A DNA stretch of 38,456 nt, taken from contig NC_068985.1 of NCBI RefSeq assembly GCF_001194135.2, forward strand, positions 115,099,604-115,138,059, read 5' to 3'. Positions 11,286-23,668 of this stretch are shown here, one piece after another. Within the stretch, counting starts at the first letter, position 1. Each line of letters starts with the position of its first letter. The translations under genes and the position numbers were made by a program. The stretch is from Octopus bimaculoides (Eukaryota). A model generated the notes under the pieces. It ran no database searches and had not been told where the DNA came from. It worked only from the letters and a program-made list of their open reading frames with translations.

Positions 11286-11689
11286 CGATAGTCTTTTTTG
11301 TGTCTGAAGAGCAACGATTGCCTATTGAAACCATGAAATACATTCCCTCTTTTCCTCTCACTCTCTCTGTCTCTCTCTCTCTCTCTCTCACTCTCTCTCT
11401 CTCTCGCTCTTTTCTTCACTCCCACTATCTTTTATAACCCTCACTTTCCCTTCTCTCTATTTCTTTCCTTCATGCTAAACATTCGCCATCTTCGCTTTGT
11501 TTGTTCTCTGATGATGATGCTAATTCCTTTATGTTAATTTTTGTTGTTGTTGTTCAGGTTGTTTTTATAGCAGTTGTTCCTCCAGTAGTTGTTCTTAGTG
11601 TTGTGGTTCTTCTTGTCATCGTCATCGTCGTTAATGTTGTTATTGCAGTTGTTTTGTTGTTATTCTTGCTTTCGTTGTTGTTGTTGCTG

Positions 11690-11935
11690 TTGCTTCTTCT
11701 TCTTCTTCTTCTTCTTCTTCTTCTTCTTCTTCTTCTTCTTCTTCTTCTTCTTCTTCTTCTTCTTCTTCTTCTTCTTCTTCTTCTTCTTTTTCTTCTTCTC
11801 CTCCTTCTTCTCCTCCTCCTCCTCCTCCTCCTCCTCCTCCTTCTTCTTCTTCTTCTTCTTCTCCTCCTCTTCCCTCTTCTTCTTCTTCTTCTTCTTCTTA
11901 CTCCTGCACCCCTCCTTCTCTTCCTCCTCCTATTC
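11690..11935. repeat. (CTT)n/(CCT)n polypyrimidine tract
   Basis: About 30 pure CTT units followed by mixed CTT/CCT. Confidence 0.95.
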
Positions 11936-12940
11936 TTCTTTTTGCTATTGTCGGTTGTGAGTTGAACGGTCATAATTTAAGGTAGCATCACATTTTCTGA
12001 AGTAGGCCGAACACCAGACCATGCGATCTTGAACGAAAAGAAGCTGGCCGGACTAAGAAGCACACCCTATGCTCCAAGGCATCATGCTACTTCCAATCGA
12101 ACAGAAGAAGAAGAAGAAGAAGAAGAAGAAGAAGAAGAAGAAGAAGAAGAAGATATGTATGTGTGCCTCCATGGCAGGTATAGGTAAAATCTACAGAAGT
12201 AACACGAATAAAACTTAGGTCAAAAATGATGCAAACGCAAGATATTATTTATGCCGAAATTAGACATGCAAAATTATGTACTTCAGAAGCGTAGAAATAT
12301 AAAGCAAAATGTCAACAAACAAAGAAGTGTGTAACCAAGCTCAATAAATACATACATGTATACATTTATCTCTTCGAAAATGAAAGAGTAAGAAGATAAC
12401 TACGGAAAGTGCTTTGAAGGCTCATATGATCAGATTATGAATTTATAATTATATTAATAACAATTGGTGCACTTGGATATGTGAGTTGATTTCTAAGTGA
12501 TAATCATAAGCTACAGATCTCATGCAAAAGAAATTCAACCAGCTACTTAGCACGTTACAAATACAATTTGTAAGTGGAGCAGTAAAATTATGCAAATATA
12601 TTCTCAAGTTTAAAATGTGACATTGTTTTTGTTACCAAGATTCCAATGATGCAGTTTAGTATCTTTATTAGAAACTACCCTCTTCATTGTAGGTAGCTTT
12701 CAAAAATTTAAGAATAAAAGAGAGCAAACAAACATACAAACATACATGTATACATATATACATACACATACATACATGTATATATACATAGTTGCAGATA
12801 ATCACAGACGCGCACACACAGGTATCTATAAAGTAAGTATTAGTGACGGAAGTAGTATTAGTGCAAAGAGGCAATTTTTATATCTAACTTGATGTGGATG
12901 TCATGTTAGAACATCGAATACTGCTGCGATTGACTTGGAA

Positions 12941-13123
12941 GTCATTGGACTGCAGCCATGCTGGTGTACCGCCTTGGTGGTATTTAGGTCGAGCACACTG
13001 GCACCAGTACTTATATTTGAAGTTTGGTACTTATTATATCGGTCTTTTCTTGCCGATCCACTAGTTAATGCGGAGGTAAACAAACTAATGTCGATTGTGA
13101 AACTATCGGGAGAGGAGAAACAC
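12941..13123 (-). mobile_element. SINE 3' module C with CR1-like tail
   Basis: gtcattggactgcagccatgctggtgtaccgccttg is the reverse complement of the module C tail (cf. 23290-23330). Confidence 0.75.
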
Positions 13124-13124
13124 T

Positions 13125-13172
<48 letters not shown>

Positions 13173-13369
13173 GAATCAAACATATGAAGAAATGGCATAC
13201 ATATATGTACGTAAATTTTCATACAATTAATATTGTTGGGATTGTTCCGTTACGCATCCCACTACAACCTACACTGCTACACCAGTATCACCGGTTAAAA
13301 TTACCATACATATATATTTGTCGTCACTTTTGTTATCACCACTATCACCATCTATACGACCAACTATAC

Positions 13370-13694
13370 CACAAACACCACAAGCACCACCAAAATCACC
13401 ACCACCTCCACTACTACTACCACCACCACTAGTACCACACCACCACCACTACTACCACCACTGCCACTACCACTAGTACCACCGCTACCACCATCACACC
13501 ACTAAACCACCAAAACTACAACCACCATCACTACTTCCCCTACCTGTCGCCACCACCACCATCACTACTACCATAACCCCCACCACAACTACCACCACCA
13601 CCACCACCACCATTCCACGGCCAATACCACCATCACCGACACTGCTGCCATCTCAACCGTTGCCTCCACCACCACCACCACCACCACCACCACT

Positions 13695-13726
<32 letters not shown>

Positions 13727-13750
13727 CAACCACGCCATTACCCCCACCAC
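13370..13750. repeat. Degenerate (CAC/CTA/CAA)n tract
   Basis: Seen directly. Confidence 0.9.
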
Positions 13751-14539
13751 AACTTCAACATGATGTCAGATAGCTCACGACCCCTTCAAAAATAGTCTCT
13801 ACGCAGCAAAAGGAAAATGAACAAGGATCATGTGATCTATATTAGTCAGCCCTGTACAAGAACATGCTGTTATGAAAGCTAATTGATTGGTGAAGTAATT
13901 CAATAAAGGATGCCCCGATCAATTCATACGGAACTGGTCGGTTATCCTTTTTAAGTAATCCTGTCTAATATCAAGCACCAGTGAACACGAAATATTAAAG
14001 CTAGCCAAAGCTAGGTAGATCTTCCTCTCTGACTGTCTCTCTCAGGCTCTATATGTTTCTCTGTCTCTCTGTACCTCAGTTACTCTCTCTTTCTCTGCAC
14101 GTCTCTATGCCCCCCTCTTTCTTTGTTTGTGTCTGTCTGTCAGTCTCTCACTCTCTTTCTCTCTCAATGTCTCTTTCTTTTTAATGTGTGCCGGGTATGT
14201 ATCATGTGTATTCACTTTCTTTCTAATTTGCTCAGTGTATGTGTATGTGTGTGTGTGTGTGCGTGAATTTAATTTACGCCAAATCAGGAGCCTGTTGCTC
14301 TTTGGATCTGTGACTAGTCTGTCATGGGAAAAAAAAATCAAAACAAAATAAAACAAGACAAAGAAAAGGCAAAACGAAAAAAAAAACTGCTTGAGGAATG
14401 GACAACAGTCCAAAGCGGGGAAACTCCAGAGTAACAGACTTCGATTGACATAAATGAATTAATATACTTAACCATAATACTTAGCACATTTATTCTGAAT
14501 CATTAGCAGCTGACACACACACACACATACACACACGTC

Positions 14540-14597
<58 letters not shown>

Positions 14598-14966
14598 TGC
14601 ATACACACACACATACGCACACATGTGAAGGCACGAGATCGTGGCTTTAATTTCGTAGAATGGGGGTTGCATTGTGTTGTTGAGGATAACACTTCATCTC
14701 ACGTCGTTACGAGATCACTAAAACAAATTTTACAACATGAGATGTGAGCACAGCGATGTCACTCGTCACAATGCCTCATGAACGTTTGCTGGTAGCTGTA
14801 ACTGTGCACGCAACAATGTGCTACCATCTGTTGTGCATGTGTGTGTTTATGTGTGCGTGTGTATGTGCGCGTGCGTGTATGATACTATGTCATAACTTGA
14901 TATTACGTGGACTAAGACCCCCGTTGACAGCTCCCTGATATTTCAAAATAAAATGTTAACACTTAC

Positions 14967-15149
14967 GGTAATCAGGTGAGTGTCCCCACTTTTCTGCTGC
15001 TACTATAATTGTTGGGTATATAGAAAGATTTGCTGGTTGTTTCTCTAGGTTTGGTGAAATTGATGTACACGCTTCTGATGATGACCTCAATAAGATTCGA
15101 AAATCTATTAATGCTGTTCATCGTGTTTTTCCATTCCACGGAATAACAG
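14967..15149 (-). other. Candidate exon (183 nt) of an unidentified gene
   Basis: Acceptor tccttttataatttag| and donor |gtaagt, length divisible by 3, visible 3-nt periodicity. Every frame has a stop and no protein is recognised. Confidence 0.25.
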
Positions 15150-15513
15150 CTAAATTATAAAAGGACCATATACTATACGCTACATGCAGACACACACAAA
15201 CAAATATATATCGTCATTAATTGTGACTGAGGACACTTAAGCACCTATATTGCAAGAAATAAAAGTTAAAATCTCTTGATGGTGTAATAAGTGCGCAACA
15301 TGTATATACACTGACAGGGGAGATAACCGCTACGTGAGTACCTCTACGATCACTAGACTAGACTTGTTTCGCTTAGTCATAGGCTCATCAGCAGTGACTA
15401 CTTAAACGCTTGATGGTTTGGCTAAATTCGGCAATCAGTATATTTATTTTTACCTTAAAGATTTATGGCTGATTTAGCATAATGCTAATGCCTATATATA
15501 TATATATATATAT

Positions 15514-15560
15514 CCTCGTGTTCCTTTCTGTTTAAGAGGGTAGGCTCGAAACGTAAAATA
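15514..15560 (+). mobile_element. Short fragment of the variant-hammerhead repeat
   Basis: gttcctttctgtttaagagggtaggctcgaaacgtaaaatac aligns without gaps to 117-157. Confidence 0.75.
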
Positions 15561-15564
15561 CTAT

Positions 15565-15965
15565 AAATGAATTGAATCGACCACAGGACTTGTTTTTAAG
15601 ACCAGTACTTATTCTATCGAATTCTTTGCCCGAAACGCTATGTTACGTGGATGTAATCACACAAACACCACTTAACCAGTGATGGTGGAGAGCAGACACA
15701 ACCTCAATGGCACACCCAGTTTCCGTCTAACAAATCCACTCTCAAAGGCTTTGGTTGCTCCGAAACTATAGTAGGGGACACCTGCCTCAGTGCCACGCAG
15801 TGAGACTGAACACAGAACCATATGTTTGGGAAGCAAGCTTCTATCAACCAAAATCACTCACAAGATGCTGTCAGCCTGGAGCTGTAGTAGAAGGCATTTT
15901 TTCAAGTAGTAGAAGGTACCTCGCTGTGGGATGGAACCCGAAACTACATAGTTACTAAGCTTCCT
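15565..15965 (-). mobile_element. Composite SINE: family B head + family B + module C
   Basis: Reverse complement of B (gtttccgtctaacaaatccactc..gtgccacgcagtgagactgaac) and of C (gtacttattctatcg..gctatgttacgtggatgtaa); an extra B head lies at 15870-15965. Confidence 0.75.
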
Positions 15966-16327
15966 ACAATGATTTATTAATTTTTTTTTAAATATGATAA
16001 TGAGCCAGACAATGGTTCGAGGTTTGAAAATATTCAGATTTTGAGCAGATGTAAATTTAACTACTTAATGTAATTAGACTTGTTAATAAAGTTATAAAAT
16101 TCTTGTAGTCGTTTACGTAACAGATCTTCGTCGACGTGAAATTTTCTCCTCTCACCTCTCTCTGATAATTACCCACGCCAATTCTATGTTGCCTCGTTGT
16201 GAGTTACTAAGATGAAATAGAAAATATCATTGTGAAGACATGGTTGTTTCCCTTCGAAAGTATAGCAATTAAAACAGATAACGGTAACAACAAGCACGGT
16301 AACAACAACAACAACAATGATAATAAT

Positions 16328-16503
16328 GATTTGAAATTTTGGCACAAGACCAGCAATTTCCAGAGAGGGGTTTAGTCGAAACCCCCGAAAGAATGTAAGG
16401 CAAAGTCACCCACGGCGGGATTTGAACTCAGAACGTAAGAATGGACGAAATGCCGATGGGCATTTTGTCTGGCGTGCTAACGATTCTACTAGTTCACTGC
16501 TTT
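16328..16503 (-). mobile_element. SINE family A
   Basis: Near full length, reverse complement; ends in an (ATT)n tail. Confidence 0.85.
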
Positions 16504-16512
16504 AAAAATAAT

Positions 16513-16957
16513 AATAATCCTTTCTACTGAAGGCATAAGGCCTGAAATTTGGGGAGAAAGGACTAAACGATCAGGTTGACTTCAACGTTTCACTAGTTCT
16601 TAATTTATCGACCGCGAAAGGACGAAAGGCAAAGTCAACCTCGGCAAAATTTGAACTCAGAACATAATGACGGGTGAAATGCTTAGTGAAATACCACTAA
16701 GCATTTCGTCCAGCGTGCTGGGTGTTGAGGTCAAGAAAAAGAAATATAATGGGAGTGACAGAAGAAAAGACCCATGGTGGAAAAAAAGAATACAGGCAGG
16801 GTTAGATATGCTTTCGAAGTAAATTTCTGTGTTAGACTGAAAAGAGAAAGGAGAGCTTAAAAGCGAACAAAAATACAGGGCGCTGAAAGGAAGTATAATA
16901 GAAAACAAAATTTGGGTATGTATTCGAAAGCCGCCGATTTTGCCAGCTTCCTACCTT
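16513..16957 (-). mobile_element. SINE family A interrupted in its head by a LINE fragment
   Basis: Body at 16513-16719; the head resumes at 16935-16957 (cgattttgccagcttcctacctt). Confidence 0.75.
16720..16934 (+). mobile_element. Internal fragment of an R4/Dong-type non-LTR retrotransposon ORF, decayed
   Basis: Translates LGVEVKKKKYNGSDRRKDPWWKKRIQAGLDMLSK*ISVLD*KEKGELKSEQKYRAL(fs)ERKYN, resembling the recalled PWWKRRI..KGEL..ERKY region upstream of the RT in R4/Dong ORFs. Confidence 0.65.
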
Positions 16958-17454
16958 CACACCACCACAAGTAGCAAAATAAAAGCAACAACAACAACAA
17001 TACTAATAGTAATAATCCCGTCTTTATAGGCTATAATGATCCCTAGATACAATAACAAGATTGTCACACTTACAGTGTGGGTGCAAATATAATTTTCATT
17101 TATGAAATATATTAAAAATTTTCTTAAGAATTGGTGCCGAAAAAGGCGTGAGAATTGTCCAGGTAGGTTAAGTCATTAATGACAGTTTAGCGAGATCTCG
17201 GTTGAGATTGGGACCATAGGTCTCAGTTTTTCCCAATCGAGAATCACAACCTATCATATTTCCCTAAAAGGAAACGAGTTGTTACAAACGGTATTGACGC
17301 CAATGCAAATATAATTTGATCATTCACGTATCCAGATTTACATTCATATTCTGCTTCTTGTTAAAAATCTTCGGCCATGCTGAGCCACTACTTTCAATAG
17401 TAGCCTTCGACATTTTCCATCCAATACGTCTTCTTAATTCAATATTTAATATGC

Positions 17455-17669
17455 TAAGGTGGTGAGCTGGCAGAAACGTTAGCACGGGCGAAATGCTTGG
17501 CGGTATTTCGTCTGTCTTTACGTTCTAAGTTCAAGTTCCGCCGATATTGACTTTGCCTTTCAACCTTTCGGGGTCGATAAATTAAGTACCAGTTGCGTAC
17601 TGGGGTCGATTTAATCGGCTGAACCCCCTCCCCAAAATTTCAGGCCTTGTACCTAGAGTAGAAAAGATC
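17455..17669 (+). mobile_element. SINE family A, full length
   Basis: aaggtggtgagctggcagaaacgttagcac..aagttcaagttcc..ggggtcgat..ccttgtacctagagtagaaaag. Confidence 0.9.
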
Positions 17670-17680
17670 TAACAAGCTAT

Positions 17681-17860
17681 TAAGGCGGTGAGCTGGCAGA
17701 AATATTAGCACACCGGGCAAAATGTTTGGTGGCATTTCTTCAATCAAATTCAACTGAGGTTGACTTTGCCGTTCATCTTTCGGGGTCGAAAGTACCAGGT
17801 GATCGCTGGGGTTGATGTAATCAACTTACCCATAACCCGAAATTATTGACCTTGGAATCA
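17681..17860 (+). mobile_element. SINE family A, second tandem copy, diverged
   Basis: aaggcggtgagctggcagaaatattagcac, 11 bp after the previous copy. Confidence 0.8.
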
Positions 17861-18024
17861 ATATTTTCCATGCTATTAATTATAGCTTTATCTATTTCCA
17901 TTTAATCCGTTAAAAGCGCTTTATATCATGCCAGTGGAAGTTTCTCAATTCCTACGTTAATAATATATAGATGCATACATAGATACGTACATATTTGTAT
18001 ATTAACACACACACACACACATAG

Positions 18025-18145
18025 TTCTGGCTTCAATCTCAGTGAGTAGGAACTTCTGCAACTGTCTTCTACTATAGTTCTTAGGCGACCAACATTTTGT
18101 GGGTAGATTTGGTAGACGGAAACTGAAAGAAGTTCGTCGTATATA
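18025..18145 (+). mobile_element. SINE family B, 3' part
   Basis: tgtcttctactatag..gatttggtagacggaaactgaaagaag..cgtcgtatata. Confidence 0.8.
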
Positions 18146-18553
18146 TATATNNNNNNNNNNNNNNNNNNNNNNNNNNNNNNNNNNNNNNNNNNNNNNNNNN
18201 NNNNNNNNNNNNNNNNNNNNNNNNNNNNNNNNNNNNNNNNNNNNNNNNNNNNNNNNNNNNNNNNNNNNNNNNNNNNNNNNNNNNNNNNNNNNNNNNNNNN
18301 NNNNNNNNNNNNNNNNNNNNNNNNNNNNNNNNNNNNNNNNNNNNNNNNNNNNNNNNNNNNNNNNNNNNNNNNNNNNNNNNNNNNNNNNNNNNNNNNNNNN
18401 NNNNNNNNNNNNNNNNNNNNNNNNNNNNNNNNNNNNNNNNNNNNNNNNNNNNNNNNNNNNNNNNNNNNNNNNNNNNNNNNNNNNNNNNNNNNNNNNNNNN
18501 NNNNNNNATATATATATATATATATATAGCTAGCTAGCTAGATATGACCAGAT

Positions 18554-18850
18554 GGCACTCCGTCGGTTATGACGTCGAGGGTTCCAGTTGATCCGATCAA
18601 CGAAACATTCTGCTCGTGAAATTAACGTGCAAGTGGCTGAGCACTCCACAGACACGAATACATTTTACGTAATTCTCAGAGAGATTCAACGTGACTGAGA
18701 GTGTGGCATGGTCGATCCTTTGAAATACAGGTACAACTCATTTTTGTCAGCTGAGTGGATTGGAGCAACGTGAAATAAAGCGTCTTCCCCAGTACACAAT
18801 GCGTCGCGGGATTTGAGCTCACGACCTTACAATCGTGAGCTGAATACCCT
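18554..18850 (-). mobile_element. tRNA-headed SINE family D (Meta-domain-like centre, inferred) with structured tail
   Basis: Minus strand has the tRNA-like head (gctcacgattgtaaggtcgtgagctcaaatccc), a central ttgtgt..aagacgctttatttcacgttgctccaatccactcagctg and a hairpin-rich tail. A related centre occurs at 33680-33815. Confidence 0.75.
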
Positions 18851-18851
18851 C

Positions 18852-18995
18852 GCCCATCAACGCTTGAAACCGGTTTTGGTTTGTTTATGTCACTGTTACT
18901 TATTATTGTTTACCATATTCTAAAAATAAGTACTTGGGTCGATTTGTACAAGTAAGTCCACTGACTGAAACACGTAAAAGATAAAAGATAAAGAG
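18852..18995 (+). mobile_element. SINE module C, internally deleted
   Basis: cgcttgaaaccgg..aaaaataagtacttgggtcgatttg..gactgaaacacgtaaaagataaaag. Confidence 0.7.
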
Positions 18996-18999
18996 GTGG

Positions 19000-19135
19000 A
19001 TGGCTATATGTTTATGCAGTTGTCTTCGAAACTACATCGTTCAGGGTTCAATCCCACTCTGTAGTAACTTGAACAAGTGTCTTGTTTTAACCCCTGGGTA
19101 CATCAATGTCTTGTAAGTGACTTTGATTGCTGGAA
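19000..19135 (+). mobile_element. SINE family B, diverged
   Basis: cagggttcaatcccact (B box)..aacttgaacaagtgtctt..gtcttgtaagtgactttg. Confidence 0.6.
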
Positions 19136-19166
19136 ACATTCTGGAAGCAATAAAAAAGATATATAT

Positions 19167-19214
<48 letters not shown>

Positions 19215-19216
19215 TT

Positions 19217-19867
<651 letters not shown>

Positions 19868-20850
19868 TGTGCATGTGTGACCACTTGACAAATCTTGCGT
19901 TTTATGTGTACCCGTAATTAAGCAGTTTTACAAAATAAATGGAAGATAAATAAATGAATAAAAACTATTTCGATCGATTTCATTGACCAAATCCTTAAAC
20001 CAATCAAAGCAATGCCGCAGCATGGCTGCATCGGCAGGCAGACATCTGACGAATTCCAAATCATCCCTAATCATTCACACCTATTATCAAAGCCGTTCCA
20101 ACCGTGACCAACGCATCCCCCCTCCCAAACCATAGGTTATTGCTAGGATATATATTATGCAATGCGTCATTCCTTTTCGTCAAGACAGTAAAGGGAAGAA
20201 GCCGTAGAGATGCTTATAATAAGCCGAACGACCACAGAGAATTTCTCCTGTTATTAGATTTTTTTTGTCTTGCTTTTTATTTCTTGTCATTTTTGGTTTA
20301 TTTTTCTTGTTTGTATTCATCATATTCGTATTTATATTTCTAATGCTAGGATTATTGTTGCCGGGGTCACACAACTATATTTACTATTAATTCTATTCGT
20401 TTACTGTCTATATGAATATCGGTTTTTTTATTTTTTTTTTTTTATTAAGGTAATTACTAGTTACCGCCATTTATTTCGTTCCAGCAGCTTTTAGCTATTG
20501 TTAGAATGTCACTTGTTGGTCGTCGTAGAGAAATAATAACAAAACAAAACGAAAAAAACAAACAAACAAACAAAAAAAAAACAAACAAACAAGAAATAAA
20601 GAACCAAAACAAAATGGAAGGAATAAAAATTAGTTCGGAGATGGAAGCGTAGTGATCAAGATGGCGGAAGTGGTTGAGGCTGGAAAAGGAAAAAGAAGAG
20701 AAAGCCTGAACTGAAGAAAATCAAACGCTCTCATTTTAGCAAGCGGAATATTATTATTATTATCTTTTTTTGTTAAAAGTGATTTTGCATTGTTATATAT
20801 TTGTAGTAGTGTATTTTGTTTTACATTAGCTGTTTCCAAATTAAATCATC

Positions 20851-20888
<38 letters not shown>

Positions 20889-21032
20889 TTGTGTGTATGC
20901 ATGCATGTATATATCTAATGTTTGCATTTGGTCTTTCACTATACTTGTGTTTATACATATACGCACGAAGACACTGATAGACTGATGCAACGATAGACAT
21001 ACAGGTACACTCACACGTTACACATACTCCCA

Positions 21033-21069
<37 letters not shown>

Positions 21070-22294
21070 GTGTGTGTGTGTATGTGATATATATATATAT
21101 ATATGTGTGTGTGTGTTTATATATATACATATATATATATATANNNNNNNNNNNNNNNNNNNNNNNNNNNNNNNNNNNNNNNNNNNNNNNNNNNNNNNNN
21201 NNNNNNNNNNNNNNNNNNNNNNNNNNNNNNNNNNNNNNNNNNNNNNNNNNNNNNNNNNNNNNNNNNNNNNNNNNNNNNNNNNNNNNNNNNNNNNNNNNNN
21301 NNNNNNNNNNNNNNNNNNNNNNNNNNNNNNNNNNNNNNNNNNNNNNNNNNNNNNNNNNNNNNNNNNNNNNNNNNNNNNNNNNNNNNNNNNNNNNNNNNNN
21401 NNNNNNNNNNNNNNNNNNNNNNNNNNNNNNNNNNNNNNNNNNNNNNNNNNNNNNNNNNNNNNNNNNNNNNNNNNNNNNNNNNNNNNNNNNNNNNNNNNNN
21501 NNNNNNNNNNNNNNNNNNNNNNNNNNNNNNNNNNNNNNNNNNNNNNNNNNNNNNNNNNNNNNNNNNNNNNNNNNNNNNNNNNNNNNNNNNNNNNNNNNNN
21601 NNNNNNNNNNNNNNNNNNNNNNNNNNNNNNNNNNNNNNNNNNNNNNNNNNNNNNNNNNNNNNNNNNNNNNNNNNNNNNNNNNNNNNNNNNNNNNNNNNNN
21701 NNNNNNNNNNNNNNNNNNNNNNNNNNNNNNNNNNNNNNNNNNNNNNNNNNNNNNNNNNNNNNNNNNNNNNNNNNNNNNNNNNNNNNNNNNNNNNNNNNNN
21801 NNNNNNNNNNNNNNNNNNNNNNNNNNNNNNNNNNNNNNNNNNNNNNNNNNNNNNNNNNNNNNNNNNNNNNNNNNNNNNNNNNNNNNNNNNNNNNNNNNNN
21901 NNNNNNNNNNNNNNNNNNNNNNNNNNNNNNNNNNNNNNNNNNNNNNNNNNNNNNNNNNNNNNNNNNNNNNNNNNNNNNNNNNNNNNNNNNNNNNNNNNNN
22001 NNNNNNNNNNNNNNNNNNNNNNNNNNNNNNNNNNNNNNNNNNNNNNNNNNNNNNNNNNNNNNNNNNNNNNNNNNNNNNNNNNNNNATATATATATATAAA
22101 TTCTCTCAGCTGGTTGTGTCATGTACGGTATTGACCTGACAACGGAAAGGTCGACCGAGTTCAAATCCCGTTATTGATGCTTACGCTGTCTCCTTGGAAA
22201 TGTATTACTATTATTGTTATTTATGTATTTGCTACTACTACTACTACTACTGCTACTATGTTATTATTAAACAGAGTAAATAAATCATCGTTAT

Positions 22295-22520
22295 TGGCAC
22301 AATCGTTAAACCGTCAGCAGAAAAGTCTCTAACAAAATGTTCCGGCAGTTATTGTTCTGAGTTCAAATTCTACCGAGGTCAACATTTTTTTTTTCATTCA
22401 AGCTTCCGGGGACTATAAAATAAAGGGCCAGTGATATACTGAGGTGGGGGAGGGGGGCAATGATATCGATTAATCCCTTCATTCTTTTTTTGACAGTGGT
22501 GGCCTTCCTTCACAAGTGGT
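22295..22520 (+). mobile_element. SINE family A, old diverged copy
   Basis: gttctgagttcaaattctaccgaggtcaac retained. Confidence 0.65.
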
Positions 22521-22867
22521 ACTTATATAATTTACTATTACTAAAGCCAGAACGTAACGGAATCGGTAGAACATGGGTAAGAATACCTTCCGGCATCTGT
22601 TCTAATTGAAGTCCTACAGGGGTCAACTTAGCTTTTATCTTATTGTCTGGGATTGATAAGGTAAAGTATTAACCAAGTACTGTGGTCAAAATTCCCTTAA
22701 AAAGTGTATGAGCAGGCATAACCGTGAAGGTAGAGCAGTGAATTGGGTTGTTAGCCGAGTGTGTAGATTCGAAATAACAGGAATGTGGTATGAACACGAA
22801 GCAGAGGCTATGATAGGGAATAAGAATTACAGAATTTTATGAGAATTTCCCATAAAGACTGACAGTA

Positions 22868-23340
22868 TAGGCGCAGGCGTGACTGTGTGGATAGAAGCAG
22901 GTGTGACTGTGTTGTAAGAACGTTGCCTCCCAATCACATGGTTCCTGGTTCAGTCCCACTGTGTGGCACGTCGGGCAAGTGTCTTCTACTATAGATCTGG
23001 GCCGACTAAATCCTTGTGAGTGTATTTAGTAGACGGAAACTGAAAGAAGCCTGTCATGTATACACACACACACACACACACATATATGCACACACACACA
23101 TACGTATGTATGTATGTATGTATGTATGTGTGACTTTGTGTTTGTGCTTGTCTCCCTACCCCACAACGCTTGACAACCAGTGCTCATGTGTTTACTATCC
23201 CGTAACCTAGTGGCTCGGTAAAAGAGAACGATAAGATTAGCACTAGGCTTCAAACAAATAAGTACTCTGGTTGATTCATTCGAGAGCATTTCTTGAAGGC
23301 GGTGCCCTAGCATGGCCGCAGTCTAATGACGGACGAAGAA
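22868..23340 (+). mobile_element. Composite SINE: family B + microsatellite + module C, full length
   Basis: gcgcaggcgtgactgtgtgg..ggttcagtcccact..gggcaagtgtcttctactatag..(CA)(TATG)n..cgcttgacaacc..aaggcggtgccctagcatggccgcagtctaatgac. Confidence 0.9.
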
Positions 23341-23450
23341 AGGGACCAGATGCAGTTTTAGAGGACAAAAGATGGAAACTGCGTAAGATTTTAGCGATGT
23401 GTTTAAATGAATGCCAAGTTGCTCAAGCCTTGATAATATTATGTCTTCTG

Positions 23451-23668
23451 AAGTGGGTGAGGTAGCAGAAACGTTAGCACGCCGAGCGAAATGCTTAACG
23501 GTATTTCGTTTGTCTTGATGTTCTGAGTTTCATTTCCGCCGAAGTCGACTTTGCCTTTCATCCTTTCGAGGTCGATAAATTAAGTACCAGTTGCGTACTG
23601 GGGTCGATTTAATCGACTGGCCGCTTCCCCCAAATTTCGGGCCTTGTGCCTAGAATAGAAAAGTATAA
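23451..23668 (+). mobile_element. SINE family A, full length, with an 11-bp target-site duplication
   Basis: TATGTCTTCTG at 23440-23450 and 23669-23679. Confidence 0.9.

Noticed and set aside
12000-12153. Possible RTE-type LINE tail (ccctatgctcc) before (AGA)n
   Set aside because: Only an 11-nt resemblance from memory, with no coding remnant upstream.
22105-22172. B box gagttcaaatcc with an upstream gacct/aggtc stem
   Set aside because: No A box or acceptor stem; cannot be called a tRNA or assigned to a family.
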